DNA of 64,000 bases from IMG/VR virus record IMGVR_UViG_3300037247_001890, positions 64,001 to 128,000 of that record. One strand, 5' to 3'. The stretch is from a virus. Positions 17,386-25,248 of the stretch are shown piece after piece. Numbering within the stretch: the stretch's first letter is position 1; each line of letters begins with the position of its first letter. A program made the translations under genes and the position numbers. The notes under the pieces are model-generated. The model was given only the letters and a program-made list of their open reading frames with translations. It searched no databases and was not told the origin of the DNA.

Positions 17386-18696
17386 ATGGACAAACCAAAA
17401 TTACTCATCTGGTGTGACGCGCCAGTTGTTCCGACCGGATTTGGAAACGTTGCCAAGAACCTATTTTGTGAGCTTTACAAAGATTTCGATGTAGATATTG
17501 TCGGAATAAATTACACGGGCCTAACGAAATACGATCGCAATCTTTGGTACATTTATCCTGTTCAACAGACAGCACCGCTGGGGGATAACGTTTTGCGTAC
17601 TGTGCTAATGCAGGAGAAATTTGATATCATGTTTATGTTTCAAGATGTGTTTCATATAAGCCAAATGCTTGCTCCGATCAAACAAAAATTTCCTGATATG
17701 AAATACATTTGCTATTTCCCTATTGATGGGGGTCCCTTATATGGTGACTGGCGTAATGTCTTTGAGTTATCTGATAAAGCGATTACTTACACAAAATTTG
17801 CAAAGAACATGATTGCCGAAGCTTATCCAAGTGTAGATATTAATAAAGTAGACTACTTGTATCATGGAGTTGAACCAGTTTTTGCACTATTAAGCAGGCA
17901 AGAAAGAAAAAGAATTAAGGCAGAACTAAAGTGGGTTGACAAGTTCGTCGCGGTAAACATTAACAGATATCAGCCTAGAAAAAACATATCCGCCACAATT
18001 AGATCCTGGTCATTGTTCTCTATTGGATATAAATTGTGTGAATGTGGAAATGCATATCCCAAATATTTAAATTTCTGTGACGCAAATCGATGCCCGGCAT
18101 CTAAAGTAGTTAAAGAAACAGAAGGGCACGATGATGTGACATTATATTTGCACATGAGGCCTTACGAAAAAGTTAATGGTCCGGGAGCAGGAAATGCTTT
18201 GCAAGCCTTAATAAAACAAGCAGGATTTGATGACGGAGATATCAGATCTGGAAAAATAATGCTTCAAGAGAGAGACCTCTATGCACAACCTTATACCGTG
18301 GAGCAAATGAATCAAGTGTATAACGGAGCTGATATTAATATTTCCACAGCGGTCGGAGAAGGTGTTGGACTATCTCTTATAGAAGCATGTGGAAGTGGAA
18401 CAACATCTATAGCTCCAAGAAACTCGGCTATTTTAGAAATGCTGGAAGGACACGGAATTATTGTTGACAATGTTCCGAACGGAATGTATACACAACCTTT
18501 GGATAATAGTTTTAAAAGACCTAACGTTGACACATTAAAATTTGCTGAGGCAATAGAGGAACAATATCAACTGTGGGTTGAAAATGGACGTAGAAAAATA
18601 ATAAATCAAGCTGCCATGGATGCTGTTAAAACAAAGTTCGACTGGGACGAAAAAAGAAGTTATATAAGAGACCAGTTGTTAAAATTGCTTGCATGA
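17386..18696 (+). CDS. GT-B (GT4-like) glycosyltransferase
   Basis: DAPVVPTGFG N-terminus, YHGV, NRYQPRKN and YNGADINISTAVGEGVGLSLIEA (EX7E); Cys-rich insert. Confidence 0.85.
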   Translation: MDKPKLLIWCDAPVVPTGFGNVAKNLFCELYKDFDVDIVGINYTGLTKYDRNLWYIYPVQQTAPLGDNVLRTVLMQEKFDIMFMFQDVFHISQMLAPIKQKFPDMKYICYFPIDGGPLYGDWRNVFELSDKAITYTKFAKNMIAEAYPSVDINKVDYLYHGVEPVFALLSRQERKRIKAELKWVDKFVAVNINRYQPRKNISATIRSWSLFSIGYKLCECGNAYPKYLNFCDANRCPASKVVKETEGHDDVTLYLHMRPYEKVNGPGAGNALQALIKQAGFDDGDIRSGKIMLQERDLYAQPYTVEQMNQVYNGADINISTAVGEGVGLSLIEACGSGTTSIAPRNSAILEMLEGHGIIVDNVPNGMYTQPLDNSFKRPNVDTLKFAEAIEEQYQLWVENGRRKIINQAAMDAVKTKFDWDEKRSYIRDQLLKLLA

Positions 18697-19034
18697 GAAT
18701 AAGACTAACTAATGGTATTTGGATAGGATCAGCAGTGAGCATACTAAAAGGAAGCATCATTTTTGGTATGCTTATTGCGGCCACTATCGAAGTAATAACA
18801 GTATTTTTAATAAATATTCTTTGGTTTGCAAAAGGATATAAACCGTTGGTTCCTGGAAGTTTTATGGCATCAATAATTTTACCAAACACTTCTCCAAAAA
18901 AAGATAGTTTTTCATATCAAGAAGTTTTATTTAGAATATATCTAAGAGCAATTGCTCTTATTTTTATGGCCTTATGGCCAAGTGCTTGGCCAATCTTTTT
19001 AATTATTTTTACCTTAACCTTATTATATAAATGA
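18693..19034 (+). CDS. membrane protein
   Basis: several hydrophobic segments; ATGA overlap. Confidence 0.55.
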   Translation: MRIRLTNGIWIGSAVSILKGSIIFGMLIAATIEVITVFLINILWFAKGYKPLVPGSFMASIILPNTSPKKDSFSYQEVLFRIYLRAIALIFMALWPSAWPIFLIIFTLTLLYK

Positions 19035-19210
19035 TGGATATAGACGGAACAAAAAAAGTAGATGTATTTGATTTAAAATTAGATAAAGAGAAAAAACAAT
19101 ACGAGGACCTGTTAAATAACCCGAGTGTTAATATTGTACGAGAAGAGTTTAGTTATGTTAGAACGGGCAATCCAGCCATAACAGTTTGGTATATTTTGGA
19201 CGAAATATAA
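19031..19210 (+). CDS. small hypothetical protein (59 aa, MMDIDGTKKV...)
   Basis: read by eye; ATGA overlap with the previous gene. Confidence 0.55.
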   Translation: MMDIDGTKKVDVFDLKLDKEKKQYEDLLNNPSVNIVREEFSYVRTGNPAITVWYILDEI

Positions 19211-19212
19211 GA

Positions 19213-19392
19213 TTACATGGTTGGCACGACCTCTGCCAGGGGATCTTTTACAATTCCTTCTTCTTTCTCCATAGATATTCTTCGTATCCAGGTATGACCT
19301 TCCGGTAGGATGTCTCTATTGTGAAGTGGTAATCTATAGATAGCCTCGCATTTCTCACATTTATAAATCTCATAGGTGTTATATTTTTTCAT
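19213..19392 (-). CDS. small hypothetical protein (59 aa, MKKYNTYEIYKCEKCE...)
   Basis: read by eye; TAATG overlap with the portal stop. Confidence 0.5.
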   Translation of the reverse strand: MKKYNTYEIYKCEKCEAIYRLPLHNRDILPEGHTWIRRISMEKEEGIVKDPLAEVVPTM

Positions 19393-21290
19393 TACTTCGG
19401 ACCTGCTTTTGGATGTCCGGCTTTTTTCTTTGCACCCTCGTCTTTTGTTCCATCCGCTTTCGTGCCAGCCTTTTTACTCGTTTGTGATTTTTTTGCAGGT
19501 GTAGTAGGTTCTTCTGGTTCTTCTGGCATTGCCATCTCTTGCAGCATAATTTTCTCTTCTATTCTTTTAGCTACAAGTGCTGCATGATAAGGCATCTTAC
19601 TTTCTAATTTAGTTAAGGCTGCTACTTGTCCCGCAGGATCCATGAGCATTATTTCTTCTGCATATTTATCTATCGCGGCGGATAAGTCCATTTCACTAGG
19701 ATCGCCTTGAGTTTCTTCTGTAAGCTCTTCTTTAAATTTAGCTTCTCTAATTCTTGCTTGCTCATCTATAGCTGCTTGTTGGGCACGAACTTGATATTTA
19801 GCAGATATTTCGAGAGCTTGTCCTTGAGCTTCCGCTTCCTTCATAGCAGTATCTAAAGCCAAGCTAACCTCAAATTCTTTAGACATCTTAATGTTCTCTT
19901 TTTCTTCTTCGAAGGAAATACCAAACTCTTCAAGAACTTTGGATAGACTTATTTTGTTTGTAGCCGCTAATTCAAGTATCAGTCGTTTAGTTTCTGAATC
20001 GTCGGCCATTCTCAGACGTTTGAAGTGAACTGTTACAGAAGGAAATTTTATTAATTCAGTTGCCTTCCTAATAATAAAATGATTAACAAAATCTTCTAGT
20101 TGTCCTCTGTATGTCAAGAAATGATTCTCTACTATACGCAAAGAAATAGATGAACCTGTCCATGTTGCCCCACCTTTTATAAATTCTATAGGAACTCCCA
20201 AAGAATTTATAATAGTTTCCTCTAAAAATTTTAGCTCGGCAGTAACAAGCAACATCTTAGCATCCCCACCAATATTTTCTGACCCTATGGCTATAGGGAA
20301 GATACCAATGTGATTAGGATCTATTTTCCACGCTCTTACATCTTCTTCTAATTTGCTTCGCCATGTACGAAGGTTCATTTGAGAAAACGGATCTATTGCG
20401 TTGGTAGGAGCAGGAAACAAAGTTCTGAATGGAATAATGTGCTCTGCGGCGATTGCCTCATTACCACGTCTAAGAGTCTGCATGTACCAGATGTCTGCCA
20501 GAGCACTTAAAATAATAGGTTTTCCCCAACCCATGTCTTCTTCTGCTAAAGTATTTCTTTTGAAATGGTACAGATTACCAGAATCTAATTCTATTTTTTT
20601 CTTTTCTCTTAGAGCAGTAATAAATAATTCGGGCGTAGTTTTTAATGTCTTTTTATTGCCTTTAATTATTTTGGCTTTTATTGAGGCTGGCATGGAGTAA
20701 TAATAAATGGTATCGCCAGTTAAAGGATCGTATTCAAGGTCTATATTTTCAGGACTCCATCTAACGAACCTCAAATAGTGAGGATTTCCCAGATATCTGT
20801 CATCTATGTCATAAATCCCGTGTGCATTGCATTTGGGACATTGACCATGGTATTGGAAATTTCGCCATTGGTATTTTACCTCGTCTATTGGAATCGATTG
20901 CTTACAGGATTTGCATTTTAAATATCTGTCGAACTTCATGTTCGCTGAAATGAAACTATTACCGTAAGTAAAATAATCCAGACCCACCTGAATTAGCATG
21001 GCCTTTATTTTTATATCAAAATTAAAAAATCTCTTATAAAGCTTTCTAACTTTGAGGTCTGTATCTCTGTCAAATAAAATATCTGTAATCGGGTATTCAG
21101 TTAGTTTAGTTATAACAGAATTAATAAAACCGTTTCTGTAAAAAAAGGTCCGGCAATGCTTAAACAGCATCTTGATTGATCTAGGCATGTAGGACCTAGA
21201 AATGTCGAACCAGGGAGATGGATAGTCAAGCCTAGTCAGGTTCTTACTTTTAACATAATATTTATCGCTGTACGGAGGAATATTGACCAT
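19392..21290 (-). CDS. portal protein (putative) with Zn-ribbon insertion
   Basis: 632 aa; portal-like succession NSVITKL/YP, YFTYGNSF, LYHFK, WGKPII, IINSLGVP and a charged C-terminal tail; head-block position. Confidence 0.65.
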   Translation of the reverse strand: MVNIPPYSDKYYVKSKNLTRLDYPSPWFDISRSYMPRSIKMLFKHCRTFFYRNGFINSVITKLTEYPITDILFDRDTDLKVRKLYKRFFNFDIKIKAMLIQVGLDYFTYGNSFISANMKFDRYLKCKSCKQSIPIDEVKYQWRNFQYHGQCPKCNAHGIYDIDDRYLGNPHYLRFVRWSPENIDLEYDPLTGDTIYYYSMPASIKAKIIKGNKKTLKTTPELFITALREKKKIELDSGNLYHFKRNTLAEEDMGWGKPIILSALADIWYMQTLRRGNEAIAAEHIIPFRTLFPAPTNAIDPFSQMNLRTWRSKLEEDVRAWKIDPNHIGIFPIAIGSENIGGDAKMLLVTAELKFLEETIINSLGVPIEFIKGGATWTGSSISLRIVENHFLTYRGQLEDFVNHFIIRKATELIKFPSVTVHFKRLRMADDSETKRLILELAATNKISLSKVLEEFGISFEEEKENIKMSKEFEVSLALDTAMKEAEAQGQALEISAKYQVRAQQAAIDEQARIREAKFKEELTEETQGDPSEMDLSAAIDKYAEEIMLMDPAGQVAALTKLESKMPYHAALVAKRIEEKIMLQEMAMPEEPEEPTTPAKKSQTSKKAGTKADGTKDEGAKKKAGHPKAGPK

Positions 21291-21293
21291 AAT

Positions 21294-21896
21294 TTATATT
21301 GTTGTTATTATTTCTTTGTGGTTTTGAGTTCTATAATCGATCTGGTTAGTATGCTTAGAACTATTACAAGATCTACATAATGCTTGTATGTTTTCTTTGA
21401 TAAAATCTCCGCCTTTGCTTGCAGGGTAGATATGATCACGTGCAGGCTTTAATTCATCAGTAAAAGTTTCACCACAGCATGCACATTTGTTATTTTGCAA
21501 AAGTATAATATAGTTAAATTCTTTTTCATCTAAAGTATTTAGAGTCTTAGATTTCCAATATCTGCTGTTGTGATGTCCTCGAGCTATTGCCGCTCTACCT
21601 TTTTCAGATTTTCTATATTGGGCTTGTGCTGCTTTACCTTTATCAGTTTTTCTATATTCAACATCTGCTAATTTACCTTTATCAGACTTATTATATCTAG
21701 CTATTGTTGCTTTACCTTTATCGGATTTAATGTATTCAGCTCGTATTAATTTACCTTTTTCAGACTTATTATATTCTTTTTGTCTAGCATTACGACAACT
21801 TTTGCACTCCGATCGTTTTCCATCTTTGTGTCTATTATTGTTATAATATTCTTCTAAAGCTTTATTCATTCCGCATTTAGTGCATATCTTATTCAT
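21294..21896 (-). CDS. HNH endonuclease with Zn finger and 13-aa repeats
   Basis: CTKC..CKSC; five YxKSxKGK repeats; CACC..RDHIYPASKGG....NIQALCRSCNSSK; start placed at MNKICTKC. Confidence 0.85.
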   Translation of the reverse strand: MNKICTKCGMNKALEEYYNNNRHKDGKRSECKSCRNARQKEYNKSEKGKLIRAEYIKSDKGKATIARYNKSDKGKLADVEYRKTDKGKAAQAQYRKSEKGRAAIARGHHNSRYWKSKTLNTLDEKEFNYIILLQNNKCACCGETFTDELKPARDHIYPASKGGDFIKENIQALCRSCNSSKHTNQIDYRTQNHKEIITTI

Positions 21897-21906
21897 AATC
21901 AACAAT

Positions 21907-22452
21907 TTACACAATTTCTAACTGTTTAGCAAGAAAATCAACATTTTTTCCGGATTCGATATCATGATATAATTCTATTGCCATCAAATGAGATGCTTGT
22001 ATATCAAGGATGCTGTCATCTCTCAAAGGAAAAGGTCCGGATTCCATTTTGTCTCTAACCTCTTTTAACATGGCTTTGTTATCTTCTGTGTTATCAATTA
22101 CTTCAGGATAAATATATACACCGCCATCATTAAACACTCTCTTTGCATAAATTCTAACCTCAAAACTAAACGGGAGCCTCGGCATTATCTTAGCCATCAA
22201 TAAAATTCCGTGCCATAACTGCTCTGCATTTGGTGGTTCCAGCACGGTGAAATCAGGGACTTCATAATTTAAAGCGGTAATTATATTCTCAAAAATATAA
22301 AAATCCTCATAAGGCCGAGGATCCTTTTTTAAAGTTAAGATTGATTGTATAAAACTCCAACGGCCCTCATCTATATCTGCAAAGTCTTCTCGGAGTATTT
22401 CCGTATCCGGATATTCTATTCGATCCAAAGTGATTATATCTTTAATCTGCAT
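21907..22452 (-). CDS. hypothetical protein (head block)
   Basis: 181-aa ORF in the late operon. Confidence 0.65.
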   Translation of the reverse strand: MQIKDIITLDRIEYPDTEILREDFADIDEGRWSFIQSILTLKKDPRPYEDFYIFENIITALNYEVPDFTVLEPPNAEQLWHGILLMAKIMPRLPFSFEVRIYAKRVFNDGGVYIYPEVIDNTEDNKAMLKEVRDKMESGPFPLRDDSILDIQASHLMAIELYHDIESGKNVDFLAKQLEIV

Positions 22453-22747
22453 CTAGCATCTTTTTGATTTGCCCATAAGTAGCAAAGCTAATACCAGCAG
22501 CAAGACTGCCTTTTAGAGCTCTCCAACCGCTGCCTTTCCATTTATGTAGGAATCTTTTTAGAGTCGTTGAATTGGCAGGTAATGGTTCTATTATTTTTTT
22601 AGTGGCTATCTGCTCTAATGGGTGGGTTCCAAAAACCGCAGTAGCGCCGGCAACACCACCGGCTAACAAGTCATCGAAACCTTTTTCTCTAGAGACCTTT
22701 TCAAAATATTTCATTTGACTCTCCACAGTCCTATCAAAATATTTCAT
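22442..22747 (-). CDS. small membrane protein resembling one mitochondrial-carrier (Solcar) repeat
   Basis: LLAGGVAGATAVFGTHPLEQIATK ... WKG...LKGSLAAGISFATYGQIKKML. Confidence 0.5.
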   Translation of the reverse strand: MKYFDRTVESQMKYFEKVSREKGFDDLLAGGVAGATAVFGTHPLEQIATKKIIEPLPANSTTLKRFLHKWKGSGWRALKGSLAAGISFATYGQIKKMLDAD

Positions 22748-23829
22748 TACTGCTCGAGTTCGCTAAGAATGCCTTCTCTAATTGGGGATGGTAAACTTCT
22801 GAATATGTCTGGGCCATCATCGGTCTTTAGTGCTTCCTGAGTTTCCTTGTCAATCCAATCTGATAAATCTCCGCCAACTAATGTATTGTATTCTGTCTCA
22901 GAGAGAATTCTATCATCTATTTCATACAGAGCTTCTTTTTTCATACCAAGTGTAGCACTTACTGGTTCTTCGATTTTTCTGTCATAATGATAGTGTAAAT
23001 TGGCATTTTTATCTATTTTATTTAACGCACTGGCCACTTCTATCGGTGTCCACTCTGCAGTCTTTTCTAATAAAGCTTTATAAGCAGAGCGTGTTGGCTC
23101 ATCGTGAGTCATTGTAGCGCGACTTCTTATGTGATGTACGAAGTCAGGATTGAACGACTTAGCATCAATATGTGCCAATTTATCAATTAGTGCTGTTGGT
23201 TCTATCTTGAACTGGCCCAATTTAGGAAACAGATTTTTAGCATATTCTATTCTGTCCTGAACCTCTAATTCTCGTGCATAATTTTTGAAATATGCGAAAG
23301 CTTTTTTAGTCAGTTCTTCTGTGTGAATAGGATACTTTTCCTCTTTCGGAAGTGCGTATTCTATTTCAGTTGGTTTCTCTTTGTTCTTTTCCAATTTCTG
23401 ATAAAATGCTTTTTTATCAACTCCATTGTTGACATCTATAATATTTGAATCGACAAAGTCATTAACAAAAGGTTCCAGGTCTTCTGGGAAGTCTACTTTA
23501 AAATGTACTGCAGCTTTTTTCAAATGTGTAGCTGCAATCTTAATCAATTCATCAGGAATTTCTTTAATTTTTTGTGAGAGCAATTGTGTATTTAAAGCCG
23601 TCAATTCCTTATTGTAGTATGCATATTTATGTCTAAACCCATTTCTTTTATCAAAAAGAACAAGGGCGAAGTCATCTTCATTCCTTTCGGCTGCCTCTTC
23701 AATCGAAGGTACGAAAGCTTGTTTGATTGAGTCATCCATGGAAGAAACTAATTCGGCAACCTTCTCCACATTTCCAGAAGTCACTTCATCAGTTATATCG
23801 TAGTTTTTGGTTAATAATTTAAAGCTCAT
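22747..23829 (-). CDS. hypothetical head-associated protein rich in K-x-A motifs
   Basis: 360 aa; first gene after a class A promoter; AAGGA RBS. Confidence 0.65.
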   Translation of the reverse strand: MSFKLLTKNYDITDEVTSGNVEKVAELVSSMDDSIKQAFVPSIEEAAERNEDDFALVLFDKRNGFRHKYAYYNKELTALNTQLLSQKIKEIPDELIKIAATHLKKAAVHFKVDFPEDLEPFVNDFVDSNIIDVNNGVDKKAFYQKLEKNKEKPTEIEYALPKEEKYPIHTEELTKKAFAYFKNYARELEVQDRIEYAKNLFPKLGQFKIEPTALIDKLAHIDAKSFNPDFVHHIRSRATMTHDEPTRSAYKALLEKTAEWTPIEVASALNKIDKNANLHYHYDRKIEEPVSATLGMKKEALYEIDDRILSETEYNTLVGGDLSDWIDKETQEALKTDDGPDIFRSLPSPIREGILSELEQ

Positions 23830-23851
23830 TGCTTGTCCTTTAATATTTAAA

Positions 23852-23883
23852 TAAATATAAGAAAATTTTCGTACAGGATCAAG
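23852..23883 (-). promoter_or_regulatory. class A promoter CTTGA-N19-TATATTTA
   Basis: exact consensus, upstream of the head/portal operon. Confidence 0.7.
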
Positions 23884-24451
23884 CCCTATACGCGTTTTTG
23901 ATTGTGTTCATTATGTCTGTTCCGGGACATGATTTTTTACGACCTGATTTCACTTCGCAGTGTCCTATAACATTTTTTTCTTGGATGTCCCATATATTAG
24001 AAACCATTAAATGGTCTGTTAATTCTATTAAAGCTTTTAGTTGTGCTTTGGTTGGTTTCTCTTTACCTTCATGATCAGGTCCGGAGAAATCGCCCAAAAT
24101 ACAAATACCTAAGCTTTTTTTATTCATACGATTTGAACCAGCATGCCAAACGATATCCCAGTGATAATTGCACTTGTATATAGTCCCGCTACGCTCGATG
24201 GTGTAATGGTATGCTATCGCGGGTGCTCCTTTAGCTGATAAATGATTCCTCTCCCAGTCCTCAACTATACCATCCATATTTCTGTCACCAGTAGGAGTAA
24301 CATGATACTTGGCAATACCACGTGTGGTACAACCTTTGCAAGCAGCTTGATGGACAACTATAGTAGTTATCTTATGACTCTTACGAAATTTCCAGATTCG
24401 ATTGACATCCGGATTCCTAGGCAGTTCTTCTGCAACATCAACTATTTTCAT
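23879..24451 (-). CDS. N-acetylmuramoyl-L-alanine amidase (Amidase_2) endolysin
   Basis: IVVHQ, IAYHYTI, WHAG..N..SLGIC..GDF, Q..AL, GH.E....KSCPG Zn ligands. Confidence 0.9.
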   Translation of the reverse strand: MKIVDVAEELPRNPDVNRIWKFRKSHKITTIVVHQAACKGCTTRGIAKYHVTPTGDRNMDGIVEDWERNHLSAKGAPAIAYHYTIERSGTIYKCNYHWDIVWHAGSNRMNKKSLGICILGDFSGPDHEGKEKPTKAQLKALIELTDHLMVSNIWDIQEKNVIGHCEVKSGRKKSCPGTDIMNTIKNAYRA

Positions 24452-24689
24452 TGTTTTCGTTATCTCTTCTTGCTGTTACGACCTTTATATCTGCTTTTTT
24501 AAATAATTCTTTTCCGAAGTACGCAGCGAAAACACCACCGATAATCATGTATTGAGTTGGATCCAGAGCACCACTAGTTGTAATCATAGTGTAAATACAA
24601 CTAGCAAAAAATACAACTCCGGAACCATATGCTAAAAATCTTCTTACAGATTTCGTTGTCTCTCCACCTAAAAATTTTAAAAACTCCAT
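24438..24689 (-). CDS. holin (putative)
   Basis: two hydrophobic helices and a charged C-terminus, adjacent to the endolysin; start at MEFLKF. Confidence 0.6.
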   Translation of the reverse strand: MEFLKFLGGETTKSVRRFLAYGSGVVFFASCIYTMITTSGALDPTQYMIIGGVFAAYFGKELFKKADIKVVTARRDNENNENS

Positions 24690-24699
24690 AATAAATCCT

Positions 24700-25176
24700 T
24701 TATTTTCCCAGCAGTTGTCCAGCTGCATACACAAGGGCTAAAGTTCCAACAGTGCCTATTATGATACCCGTTGTCCTAGTCTCATACCAGGCAGGTTTAA
24801 TTACTACAGTCTTAATTTTCTCTATAGTGATAATCTCTTTTTCAATAATTACTTTCATTGGTTTTATATTCAATAACTCAACTTCAAATAATTCAACAGC
24901 ACATTCTGCCCAAGCTTCCACACGTACATCGAAGTTTTCCATCTCAAATGTCTTTGTGGATTTTATTAAACCAGAATCAACTGTCTCAACAACATCTGGT
25001 GCCGATTCCATTACCACCGGTTTTATTGGATCAATCCATATTGTATCTGGTACGAAGACAGTATCTATACCTACTGTGGTTGTTTCCTCAATTATATCTG
25101 GCGAAGGTGATAGTAAGTATCCTAAGATAGCTCCTACTACTAATGCTACTATTAATAGCGTTGCGTTAATCTTCAT
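24700..25176 (-). CDS. membrane protein, spanin-like position
   Basis: N- and C-terminal hydrophobic segments; start at MKINATLL after AAGGA. Confidence 0.45.
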   Translation of the reverse strand: MKINATLLIVALVVGAILGYLLSPSPDIIEETTTVGIDTVFVPDTIWIDPIKPVVMESAPDVVETVDSGLIKSTKTFEMENFDVRVEAWAECAVELFEVELLNIKPMKVIIEKEIITIEKIKTVVIKPAWYETRTTGIIIGTVGTLALVYAAGQLLGK

Positions 25177-25197
25177 AATATTTTTTTCCTTAATACC

Positions 25198-25229
25198 AAA
25201 ATATAAGAATAAAAAAACCAAAAGTCCAG
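25198..25229 (-). promoter_or_regulatory. class A variant CTGGA-N19-TATATTTT for the lysis cassette
   Basis: same spacing with one mismatch in each box. Confidence 0.5.
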
Positions 25230-25248
25230 TCATAAGTCACTCAATAAA

